The notes below the pieces were generated by a model. It did no database searches, was not told the origin of the DNA, and worked only from the letters and a program-made list of their open reading frames with translations. Shown piece after piece: positions 1 to 12,900 of a DNA stretch of 64,000 bases (position 1 is the stretch's first letter; every line of letters begins with the position of its first letter). The position numbers and the translations under genes were made by a program. The stretch is from NCBI GenBank assembly GCA_051362555.1, contig CM120641.1, forward strand, positions 3,596,001-3,660,000, read 5' to 3'. This DNA comes from Lingula anatina (lineage: Eukaryota > Animalia > Brachiopoda).

Positions 1-849
1 TTTCCTCACAAGTAGCACATAGGTGTTAGTTTTCAGCAATTTTCCTTCTTAAATCTTGGCTTTCTTTACATCTCTTTAGGTGTAAAATGTTTTGTAACCA
101 TTCGGTGGAATATGTGTGTTTTAATATCCCTCAATTTTAACTTTTTTTCAGCTTAGGGTTTCCCCTGTAATACCACCAGCTGACTTACACAGCTCTTTTT
201 AAAGCTTCTATAAAATTCTTGTCAGTCGTATTATTATGATTATTATGTTGTGTAGTTCTTGGTTGTAATGGTATAATGTTCTGACTTGTAATATAACTGA
301 CTGTTGTGGCTACTTTTATCCATTTTGGAAGATTTTGTTTCAGTAAGTGACCCTGTACATTTTTTAAGGCACAGGCATAGAAAAAAGGTTGCCTTAAAAC
401 TTGTGACTATAGAAAGACAAATCAGCAATCAGCGCTATAAATGCTTTGTACATGCCTGAGAACTTCCATACATTTGTGTTCCTGAATGATAGAAATTATT
501 ATATATTTTTATGCTAATTGATTACAATGAGATATGTTATCTGAATCTTTCTGGAATATCTGTTAAAATATATTTGAAGTGATAAAAGATAATTCTCTAA
601 AGAGTTGGCTCAGTTAGTTTCTGAAACATTTATACATTGCATGCTTTAACCTCACTACACATATTAACACAGGAAAATCATGCTTTTTCAAAGTTTGTAG
701 GTGTGTTTCACATTATAAATGTAAGGTTTATGTTACCAGAAGAATAAACTGGGAAGTGGAGAATCTAGGGTTAAGAGAACAATAATTGGTCATTCTAAAA
801 AGGAAAAAAAATCCAGTGATCTTATTGGAAAATGTTTGTTCCCTTCTAG

Positions 850-960
850 AACCTCCGGCTGAACATGTCCCAGAGGAAGTGGCGGCCCGCTTGGCCACAT
901 CTGAACAGTGGACTTCCCAGGACGAAATGCTGGACCTTACCACTGAAGAACCACAGAAAG
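850..960 (+). CDS. Ankyrin-like tail exon (111 nt, phase 1-1)
   Basis: cccttctag|AACC...CAGAAAG|gtatga; reads EPPAEHVPEEVAARLATSEQWTSQDEMLDLTTEEPQK. Confidence 0.8.
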
Positions 961-3900
961 GTATGAGATCATAAACCCAACTTTATGGTAGGAAAATGTT
1001 TAGAACAAGACTTTGGGAGCATTTACTTGTGTTTATTGTAAAATTTGACCACCAGGGTTCACCATCTTGATGACTAAGAGTATTTCTTAAACCATAAACT
1101 GGCTTGAAATCTATTTCAATTTTAGGTACATTTTGAATTTTTTGTTGGTATGATTATAGCCTGCAGCCAATGAAACACAAGTAAATGAACTGTAGACTGG
1201 GTGTTAGATATAGATAGAAGTACAGATGTTCAAGAAGCAGTAGAACTTAACTAGATGCATTGTATATGTGTAGTTTAAACTGTAGAATTCAAAACAAAAT
1301 GGAGCTGCTATTTTCTTAGAAGTTTTGTGGTATAGAATGATTGAATAATCTTTTAAAATAATGAATATGTAACTTATTTTGAATTTGATAGATAATTGGT
1401 AGGTTTTTGTTTTATAAAATGCATTCATGAATACGGATATTTTATATAGATATAACTTCAAGGTATTTCTCTTTTCCTGGGCCATTCCATGTACTCTGCC
1501 CAGTTACTGAAGGTCCATCAGCAGATGGAGATTAAACAGTTTGTCCGTACCCACATGAAATACCTAACAATGCTAACTGCTTCTTTAGCTTTTATTGAGC
1601 TTAACATTACTAGTGCTCATCCTGGCCTTGTTTGAGATAACAATGGATTTTGTTTGCATTGTTGATATGCATTTAAAAAAAAAGCAGAGTTGTTTGATTT
1701 GAAATTGTTATTGGGTTGTTATTTTCTATACTAACTCTGTGTGATGCAAAATTTAAACTACACAAGCATAAAAATATTCTGAATATTTGTCTGACTTGAA
1801 CATGAAGAATAATGGATGCAAAATGATATATTTGCATGAAAATAAAAATTTGGCATTACATGTGCATCAAAAATATATTTTGCAGCAGTAAACTATTTGA
1901 AAATTACATATTCTAGACAAACCCAGTGCTGATATGCGGTTTTGTGCCATTTATTGCTGAAAACTGCAATTTAGAATGGCTTTGTTTGCATGAAATATAA
2001 GCTAAAGCTAGCATAGTAAATATATGACACAATATATACCAAAACACCCTACGTATAGTTGCCTCCAGACAAAAAACTTTAATTCTATCTTGTTAATAAA
2101 TATGCCTTGTAGAAACCTGCCATATATGCTTTTTCTTTAAAAAAAATAGTTCAAATCAATATCCAGTTTTTTTGCATGATGAAAATAACTGGAATGTTAT
2201 AACATTATTTTTATTGTTTGTTTCTGTGAAAGTTTTCAAATATGTTTTTATGTTTGTTAGCCTCAAATGCATTAGGTACAAAATGATAATTTCAATTCTT
2301 TGTGCATGAAGGAAGTTTCAGGATAACATTCCAATTTGTTTATGTTATTACTCAATACTGAATGAAAGTTGAACATGCTGTGGTTGATTTCTATGCCTGA
2401 TTTGTACAAGTGACACTCAGATTGCATTGTGGTGCTGTTTGTTTCTATTGAAATGCAGTTATGTGTTTAGCTTTCAACCATCAACCACACCTCATCCTAT
2501 GCATGTTTTTATGAGAACCACCCCCAAACAAGACTTTCATTGATTCTTTCTCTTCTTTTCTCTTCTTTACTTTCTTACTTTCTTGGCCACATATCCTAAG
2601 CACATTTTGACTGACTGTAGTGAGCTAACAGAATGCTGGCATGCCAATTTCTGACCCACGGACAATCTGATTGATCATCCCACAGTGATGGCAACATGGA
2701 AGGGGGGATCTGCCCTGTCCATCCTGTCAGTCATTCAATATTAATTTCAGAACAACATGATGTCCCCTCTGATACAACCACTACCACCACCACCACAACA
2801 CAGGTCATTTCACAGACAGAGTACAGAGAAACAATACCTGGTGAAGAGCTGGTATCACAAAGCCAGGAACCAGCCACTGAAACTCTACCAGAACAGGAAC
2901 AACAGCTTGCATCCCCAACATCTGAGCAACAGGTTGAAAGGCAAGCTCCTGAACAGGAGTTAGCTGACCTAGAAGCCAGACCTGCTGCTCCTCCTGCCTC
3001 ACAGGAAGCTGGGGAATACCCACCTGGAGTTGAATCATTCCCAGCCAAGGAGCTTGAAGACATTGAGAGACATGTCAGAGCTCAGGAGCCTGTAGAACAG
3101 GCAGTTCCCCATGACTATCAACCACCCCAGGTAGAGGAGAAAGAGCAACCTCCTGTAGAGTCCTACCCTCCCCTTGAGCAAGAGACAATTGAGAGGGAAC
3201 AGAAAGAACAGATGGCAGTTGGTGAAGAAACTGGACTGGAGCAGCAGCCTGCAGAGCAAGTAGGTGCACCCGCACCTGATCTTGAATCATTCCCACATCA
3301 TGAAATTGAAGATCTTGAAAGGCACACAATGCGACAGGAGGTCATGGAGACAGAAGTTGTAACACAGAAACCCTCTGCTGCTGAAGAGCCATCTCCAGAA
3401 GATGATGTCACATCACATCCTCACCATGAGGAAGAAGACCTGGAGAGGCTACGGAAACAGCAAGAGGCTCCAGGGCAAGAAGTTGCTGAGCAAGAGCCAC
3501 CAGCTTCCACACCAACTGAAGAAGTTTCTGATTTAACATCACTCCCCCATAAAGAAGCGGAGGATGTGGAACGCTTGGTACAGCAACAAGAGCCAAGAGA
3601 TGATGTAATTCTTCCCCCAACACCTGAGGCAGAGATGGTCCAAGAACCATCTCCAGTAGAGACCTCCCCTGTCACAGAACAAGAGTTCATGGAAAGACAT
3701 GTGCCTGCCCAAGAACCAGTAGATCAGCAGGTGCCAGAAGAACCAGCAGCTCCCCTTCCCCAGACACCTGAAGCCGAGATAGCCCAAGAACCTGCTCTAG
3801 TAGAGACCTCCCCTGTCACAGAACAAGAGTTCATGGAAAGACACGTGCCTGCCCAAGAACCAGTAGATCAGCAGGTGCCAGGAGAACCAGCAGCTCCCCT

Positions 3901-6900
3901 TCCCCAGACACCTGAAGCAGGGATAGCCCAAGAACCTGCTCTAGTAGAGACCTCCCCTGTCACAGAACAAGAGTTCATGGAAAGACATGTGCCTGCCCAA
4001 GAACCAGTAGATCAGCAGGTGCCAGAAGAACCAGCAGCTCCACAACAGGAGTCTCCTAGAGAGGAATACTCACCAGAGGGTGCCACTGTACCTGCTGAAG
4101 AAATGGTGAGACCAGGTGAGACTGTACCAGAAGATGACATGATGGGTGAGCCACAAGTTCATTCAGAGGACTTGGAAGGAGGTATCAAACTGACAACAGA
4201 GACAACTGAAGGAAAGCCACATACTACACAAGATGTAGAAGAGTTTGAGGAAACGTTACCAGATGGTACCGTGGTGAAACGTAAAGTAATCAAGACAAGA
4301 ACTACCAAAATGGTCACGAAGAAGGTTGTTGCTGAGGGCCCAGACAAGGAAGACCTCCTCCAAGCAGCAATGAGTCAACAAGAACCTGAGTTCCAGGGAG
4401 AAGACCAACCTGGTTTTGCTCCAGGACATATTGTTGTCGAAGAAAGCCAAGGAGAACCAAAATCACACACTGATGTTGAAGAATTTGAGGAAACTCTACC
4501 AGATGGAACCATAGTCAAGAGAAAAATCATCAAGACCCACACAGAACAAACAACAGCTAGGAAGATAGTGATGGAAGGCCCTGATGGACAAATGATTGAA
4601 GAAGAAGCAGGGGAGGATGAATTCCTTCCAAAGGGCCACATTTTGCACAGTGAAAAGATTGAAGGTGAACCTCAAACAGAGACAGATGTTCAAGAATTTG
4701 AAGAAACCCTGCCTGATGGCACAGTTGTCACAAGGCGAGTGGTGAAGACACGCACCACACAAAAAGTGACACAGAAAGTGTTCACAGAGGGCGAGGATGA
4801 GGAAGATGAAGGTGTAGAAGAGGGTGAAGAGCAAGGTAATTAATGACTGCAGCCTCAGCTTGCAGCATGCTTCACTCAGCTTCTTTCTGTATGTTAAATT
4901 CTAAGTCTTTGTAGTGACTCTTTTGGCAATTTTTGACTAGTTTCCATATTCATATTAATAATTTTTCATTTTTATGGTAGGTAATGGTTGAGAAATTTAA
5001 TCGTTTTTACTCTTCATATATAGCATAATGCAAATGTTCATAAATGACATTTTTTTATACAAAGCTGTACGCTTCTGAAGCTTAGCCATATAGATGTATA
5101 CCTCTACATTTGCTTTAATGGACAATTGTTAAATAAGTTCCTTTTAAGTAAATTTCTGAGGATTTATCTGGAAGTTCTGCAAGGCAATTGCTGTTCAATA
5201 ATTTGCTTTGCTTTAGATATTTTGTGTCAAATGAAAATATTGTTGTGTAGAAAATATGTTAAATGTAAAATATTATAAAATATGATATTTTGATGCAACA
5301 TTGAAATCATTTATCTACTGTTTCTGTGTGCACTTGATATATTTTTTTGTCATTTCTCAAAAACAAAATGACAATTCTCTTGTGAGTGTGAGGTTCATTT
5401 TACACGAAGTGGTTGTTTTCTAATTCACTAAGTCATTGTTAAGTATATATTCCAAAACATGGTGTTTCCATATGCTGCAACACTGCCAACTTAACTGAAG
5501 TTTCAATGTTACTGACCTTATGCATTATCTCATCCTTCTGATCTTTGTGTCTTTACAAACCGTAATTGAACATATGAATGTTGTCATCCGTAGTCATATT
5601 GTGGATATAGATCTAAGGTTTAGTTACTGTGTGAATTTGAAAAGAAGCATGTTTGATGTAACTGTTGATGTTTATTACTGTGGTCCAGGTATTAGAAATG
5701 ATTAAATTAAAGTGCTGTTGCATCCTTTCAGACAAGATTTCATGAACACATCTTCATCTTGACATGAGTAGATTGAAAAAAATTATATATTTTGTTACTT
5801 ACTGGCAACAAAATCAGACAGTTTCTTGTAATGCCTAGACCACATTTTTGCATGCAGGATTTGATAAACTGTTAAGTAGTTCTAGAAAGTTGTATAAACC
5901 ATGATGTTTTGATTGTTAAAACACATTGTTAACTCTTCAAGAAAGAACTCATATTTCTACTTTTTTTGTGAATTCCTACAAGGCATGTCTTTTTTTGCCA
6001 AGTCTGTAAAATTGTTGTAGCAGTAGTATGAACTGTATGAATATTTTTTCCCTGTTCAAAGTTGAAAGGATAACACTTTTTTTCCATTGGCTGGTGAAGC
6101 ATGGTTAATTGGTTAGTTATAATAGAGGCTCCAAGTGTTTGTTATTAATTCTTTGCCCTTGCCTTCCTCATCTGCTCTCAAATGGATAGAATGGAGAGAA
6201 CTGGAAGAAAGCGGTTACCCAGATCGCCATGTTAAGAAAGTTTCTTTTGAGCCTGGAACTATAGACAATGAAGAGAGAGAGGAAGAGGAGGTGGATGTGG
6301 AAGATGAGGACACACAACAAGGTAGATGTCTCTTTTGATCAAGACACTCTCAATACAACATCAGTATACACCACAAGCACACAACTTGATCACAAAAAAT
6401 GCAGTGCATGGTCTTTTGACTCCTAAAATGTTAACATAATAGAAAGGATAAATCACTTCTGTATCAGAAGTTGCTTTGAACTCTCATTTATTGCTATCTA
6501 CTATAATAAAAAGGTAATTTTATTTGTATATTGGTAAATGTATGATACTGTTTTCCTTTTTATAAAAAAGGGATCCTTTATCTGGCTCATTTCTCTGAAT
6601 GTGCCACTGCAACTTGGCCATGATACATTTGATCACAATGGCTTCATTCTAGTTTAGTTTTAAAAACATGGCAATTTTTTTTTCAAATTGCTTTGAAAGG
6701 TGCTATATGGTTGATGGTTGAATGAATCGAATGTTTGTTTATCAAGAGATCAACATAAACCACATCATTTAGTTTTTAGTTTTTTTTTTTAAATATTTTA
6801 TTATGGAGAAGAAAATACCTGAGGGGAATACAAGTTCATTTAGTGTGTACAGCATATTGCCATATTGCTATTTTACAGTCTTTGGCCATGGGCCACCACT

Positions 6901-9900
6901 GATAACAATAACACAGCACAATAGTATAGAATGGGATGATGATTATGCTAGATACTTTGGAGTGTCACAAGGTACCATAGAGTGACAAGTTGTGGTGTAT
7001 TTTTATTTTTTATTTTATTTTTTCCTCTCATTTATGCAGTGTATGGTGGTTATCCTTTTAGGATAAGAAGTTTAGATATTAAACCTTTTTTTTTTTTTTT
7101 TTTTGCTGTGTGACTTCAGATATTTTGAAATAGATTTGCTTATGTTAGTACGATTTTAATGCTGACAACTGACATATCTCTCTATATATATTTCCTCGGC
7201 AATTTCAGACACCCAGGAGCTTGAGCAGTCTGAGGAAGAAGGTACTTTCTACATCCAGCATTCATTTATTTCATGTTTTTTTATTATTTTAATTATTTAC
7301 CAAATGTATCCATGTTGTAATCCTAAGTTTGCATGCCCTGCAACAAATGCACTTGGGTTTGAATGGCTTCTGTTGTCCAGTGGCATGTCCACTTCAGATC
7401 AGTACGCTGCTGAGTACAATATGTTATGTTGAATGTTTAGTGGTCAGTTTGGTGTCACATTCATGACAGTTTCTTTGCCATTATGATTATTGAATTTCCT
7501 TTCAGATGAATTGATTCTAATAACCAATTTTTTAAAGCTGTGTAGCTATTCACTGATAATAATGTTGTTATTAAGAGCCCACACTGTAAAAGTCTTGAGT
7601 CCTAGATATTAACAGTTCCACAGAAAACTAGTTCTTTCTTCAGTTTGCTTCAGTACTTCTTGCTTTGCCTGGTATGCTTCTCACTTCAGTTTTGGGTTTT
7701 CCTTTTTCTATTTTACATTCCTAACATCTGTTTCTCTACTCTCTCTTTATTTACTCTTTCTCAGCCATTAACATCAGACATTACTGTCTTTTCTTTCCAT
7801 GCCTTCTCTCTGTGGATGCAACACAGGTGACACAGAGGACAGTAAGAGACAGTCTGTGAAATCTATGATTTCTATGTTTGAGGAGAAAGCTAAAGAGCAG
7901 GAATACACTGCTACTAAAACACACACTGAAATAGGCAAATTACACATATATTCCCTGTGGGAACATGATCATATTCCAAATGGTGCCGATGAGGGTGTGG
8001 CTAACATGTATAAGTCTGTTGACATTTCTAGAAAAGAACAAATCCCAAAACACACTGAACACTTTGAAGTCAAGCAGGCAGAACCTGTAGTGATTGAAGA
8101 CCAAAGCATTTCAGAGAAAACTAAGCTATATGATGAATATACGGAGGAAATACAGGAGGGAATTGCACCAACAATCATATCTGAAGTAGAATCTTATAAA
8201 GAAACTGAGTCTGAGTCTTCTGAGAGCGAACAAGAAGGGAAAGAGGAAATTATCCCAGCAATAGAAACTGAAATAGAAGCCTTTAAAGGAACTGAACCTA
8301 AATCTCCTGAGGGAGATCATGAAATCAAAGAGGAACTTGTCCCAGCAATAGAAACTGAAATAGAGACCTGTAAAGAAAGTAAACCTGAATCTTCTGAGGA
8401 AGAAGAAGAAATCAAGGAACAAACTAAACCTGAAGTTGAGGTTTATAAAGACACTGAACTCGAATCTTCTGAGGGAAAAGAAGTCAAAGAGGAAATTCTA
8501 CCAGTGGTAGAACATAAAGCAGAGGCCTATAAAGAAACTGTGCCTGAGTCTTCTGAGGAAGAGCAGGAAATCAAGGAGGAAATTATCCCAGAAATTAAAC
8601 CTGAAGTAGAAGCCTTCAAAGAGACTGAACCAGAGTCTTCTGAGGAAGAACCAGAAATCTTGGAGGAAATTGGAACAGAAACTGAACCTGCAGTTGAGGT
8701 CGATAAGGAAACTGAACTTGAATTATCGCAGGAAGAAGGAAAAGAGCAAATTTTATCAGAACAGGAAATAAAGCCCTATAAAGAAATGGAGCCTGAACCT
8801 TCTGAGGAAGAACCAGAAGAAATCAAAAAGGAAATTGTACCAGCAATAGCACCTGAAGCAGAGGCCTATAAAGAAACAGAGCCTGAATCTTCTGATGAAG
8901 AAACAGAAAAAATCAAAGAGGAAGTTGTACCAATAATAGCATCTGAAGCAGAGGCCTATAAAGAAAAAGAGGCTGAATCTTCTGAGGAAGAACCAGAAGA
9001 AATCAAAGAGGAAATTGTCCCAGCAATAGCAACTGAAGCAGAGGCCTATAAAGAAAAAGAGGCTGAATCTTCTGAGGAAGAAACAGAAGAAATCAAAGAG
9101 GAAGTTGTCCCTGCAATAGCACCTGAAGCAGAGGCCTATAAAGAAACAGAGCCTGAATCTTCTGAGGAAGAAACAGAAGAAATCAAAGAGGAAGTTGTAC
9201 CAACAATAGCATCTGAAGCAGAGGCCTATAAAGAAACAGAGCCTGAACCTTCTGAGGAAGAACCGGAAGAAATCAAAGAGCAAGTTATAGCAGCAATAGC
9301 ATCTGAAGCTGAGGCCTATAAAGAAACAGAGCCTGAACCTTCTGAGGAAGAACCAGAGGAAATCAAAGAGGAAGTTGTAGCAGCAATAGCATCTGAAGCT
9401 GAAGCCTATAAAGAAACAGAGCCTGAGCCGTCTGAGGAAGAACCGGAAGAAATCAAAGAGGAAGTTGTACCAGCAATAACATCTGAAACTGAGGCCTATA
9501 AAGAAACAGAGCCTGAACCTTCTGAAGAAGCACTGGAAGAAATCAAAGAAGAAGTTGTAGCAGCAATAGCATCTGAAGCTGAGGCCTATAAAGAAACAGA
9601 GGCTGAATCTTATGAGGAAGAACCAGAAGAAATCAAAGAAGTACCAGCAATAGCAACTGAAGCAGAGGCCTATAAAGAAACAGAGGCTGAATCTTCTGAG
9701 GAAGAAACAGAAGAAATCAAAGAGGAAGTTGTACCAACAATAGCATCTGAAGCAAAGGCCTATAAAGAAACAGAGGCTGAATCTTCTGAGGAAGAACCAG
9801 AAGAAATCAAAGAAGAAGTAATCCCAGCAATAGCAAGTGAAGCAGAGGCCTATAAAGAAACAGAGCCTGAATCTTCTGAGCAAGGACCAGAAGAAATCAA

Positions 9901-12900
9901 AGAGAAAGTTGTCCCATCAATAGCAACTGAAGCAGAGGCCTATAAAGAAACAGAGACTGAATCTTCTGAGGAAGAGCCAGAAGAAATCGAAGAGCAAGTT
10001 TTACCAAAAATAGCATCTGAAGCTGAGGCCTATAAAGAAACAGAGCCTGAACCTTCTGAGGAAGAACCAGAAGAAATCAAAGAGCAAGTTGTCCCATCAA
10101 TAGCAACTGAAGCAGAGGCCTATAAAGAAACAGAGCCTGAATCTTCTGAGGAGGAAATAGAAGAAATCAAAGAGGAAGTTGTACCAACAATAGCATCTGA
10201 AGCAAAGGCCTATAAAGAAACAGAGACTGAATCTTCTGAGGAAGAGCCAGAAGAAATCGAAGAGCAAGTTTTACCAAAAATAGCATCTGAAGCTGAGGCC
10301 TATAAAGAAACAGAGCCTGAACCTTCTGAGGAAGAACCAGAAGAAATCAAAGAGCAAGTTGTCCCATCAATAGCAACTGAAGCAGAGGCCTATAAAGAAA
10401 CAGAGCCTGAATCTTCTGAGGAGGAAATAGAAGAAATCAAAGAGGAAGTTGTACCAACATTAACATCTAGAGAAGAGGCATTTAAAGAAACAGAACCCGA
10501 ATCTTCTGAGGAAGAACCAGAAGAAATCAAAGAGGAAGTAATCCCAGCAATATCAACTGAAGCAGAGGCCTATAAAGAAACAGAGCCAGAATCTTCTGAG
10601 GAAGAACCAGAAGAAATCAAAGAGGAAGTTGTCCCTGCAATAGCACCTGAAGCAGAGGCCTATAAAGAAACAGAGCCTGAATCTTCTGAGGAGGAAATAG
10701 AAGAAATCAAAGAGGAAGTTGTACCAACATTAGCATCTAAAGAAGAGGCCTTTAAAGAAACAGAACCCGAATCTTCTGAGGAAGGACCAGAAGAAATCAA
10801 AGAAGAAGTCATCCCAGCAGTATCAACTGAAGCAGAGGTTTATAAAGAAACAGAGCCAGAATCTTCTGAGGAAGAACCAGAAGAAATCAAAGAGGAAGTT
10901 GTACCAACAATAGCATCTGAAGCAGAGGCTTATAAAGAAAAAGAGGCTGAATCTTCTGAGGAAGAACCAGAAGAAATTAAAGAGGAAGTTTTACCAACAA
11001 TAGCATCTGAAGCAGAGGCCTATAAAGAAACCGAAGCCAAATCTTCTGAGGAAGGACCAGAAGAAGTCAAAGAGGAAGTTTTACCAACAATAGCATCTGA
11101 AGCAGAGGCTTATAAAGAAACAGAGCCTGAATCTTCTGAGGAAGAACCAGAAGAAATCAAAAAGGAAGTTGTACCAGCAATAGCAACTGAAGCAGAGGCC
11201 TATAAAGAAACAGAGCCTGAATCTTATGAGGAAGAACCAGAAGAAATCAAAGAAGAAGTAATCCTAGCAGTATCAACTGAAGCAGAGGCCTATAAAGAAA
11301 CAGAGCCTGAATCTTCTGATGAAGAAACAGAAAAAATCAAAGAGGAAGTTGTACCAATAATAGCATCTGAAGCAGAGGCCTATAAAGAAAAAGAGGCTGA
11401 ATCTTCTGAGGAAGAACCAGAAGAAATCAAAGAGGAAATTGTCCCAGCAATAGCAACTGAAGCAGAGGCCTATAAAGAAAAAGAGGCTGAATCTTCTGAG
11501 GAAGAAACAGAAGAAATCAAAGAGGAAGTTGTCCCTGCAATAGCATCTGAAGCAGAGGCCGTTAAAGAAACAGAGCCTGAATCTTCTGAGGAAAAACCAG
11601 TGGAAATCAAAGATGTTTTTCCATTGATAGCAACTGAAGAAAAAGCCTATAAAGAAACAGAGCCTGAATTGTCTGAAGAAGAACCAGAAGAAATCAAAGA
11701 GGAAGTTGTACCAGCAATAGCAACTGGAGCAGAAGATTATCAGGAAACAGAACCTGAACCATATGAAAAAGAACAAGAAATCAAAGAGGAAACTGTGCTG
11801 GCAATAGGACCTGAAATAGAGGTATATAAAGAAACTGTCCCTGAATCTTCAGAGGAAGAAGAGGAAATAAAACCAGATATAAAAGCTGAAATACAGAGTT
11901 ACATAGAAACTGAGCCTGGGTCATCAGAGGAAGAACAGGAAGAATTCAGAGAGGAAACTGAACTGGCAAAAGAACCAGTAGTAGAATCCTATAAAGAAAT
12001 AGGACGTGAATCTTTTGAGGAAGAACAGGAAGAAGTGAAAGAGGAAGTTGCTTCAGCAGTAGCAACTGAAGCAGAGTCCTATAAAGAAACTGTGCCTCAT
12101 TCGTTGGAAGGAGAACAAGTGAGGGGAGAAGCTGCACAGTTAAGAGCAGAAACGCTGAAAGCCACTGAACCAGACATTACTCTTAGATCTGATGTATTTC
12201 AAAGTGAACCTCGTGTCACTCATGATGTAGACGAATTTGAGGAAATCTTATCTGATGGAACAGTTGTAAAGCATAAACTCATCACAACTAAGGCCACAAA
12301 AACAATTGTTAGAAATGTATTAGCAGAAGGTGATGACAAGGAGCTGTTACAGCTTGCTGCAGAAAAAGTAGACACAGGTGATAAAGAATTGGGTGAAGAC
12401 TTTGAATTTTCAGAAGACCATTTCAAAGACAAAGGAGAAATGTCATCTCATACAGAAGTTGAAGAATATGAAGAAGTTTTGCCTGATGGTACTTGTGTTC
12501 AAAGAAAGATTATAAAGACTGAAACATTTCATTCTGTGTCAAAAGTGCAAGAGGTATCTTTGCCCAGTGAATTACCCAGTGAGATTAAACAACCTTGTGA
12601 TGACTACACAGTGGATGCTGAGGAGTCTGAATCTCCTTCAAGCAGTGTAGAAATGGTGAAAGAATTTTCACCAACTTCTGTGATACCAGACAGGACGGAC
12701 TTCACTCTTTCAGAAGATGAGAAGGCCCATGAAATAAAGGAGGAAGAAAAATTTACAGATTATTCTAGAGAAACTGTGTCACAAATTGAATTATTGAAAG
12801 ATATATCTCCAACAGTAACAGTGCCAGATATGAAATTAGAGCACCAGGAAATTGAACTGGAGTTGCAGACAGGTGATGTTTCTGATATCTGTGATTACCC

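Noticed and set aside
8780-11760. Regularly spaced repeats suggestive of a CRISPR array
   Set aside because: No unique spacers; units are in-frame codons within a eukaryotic exon; no cas genes.
8756-11776. Long minus-strand F/C/R-rich ORFs (8756-9883, 11273-11776, 8126-8422)
   Set aside because: Antisense shadows of the GAA-rich 90-bp coding array; no independent gene signals.
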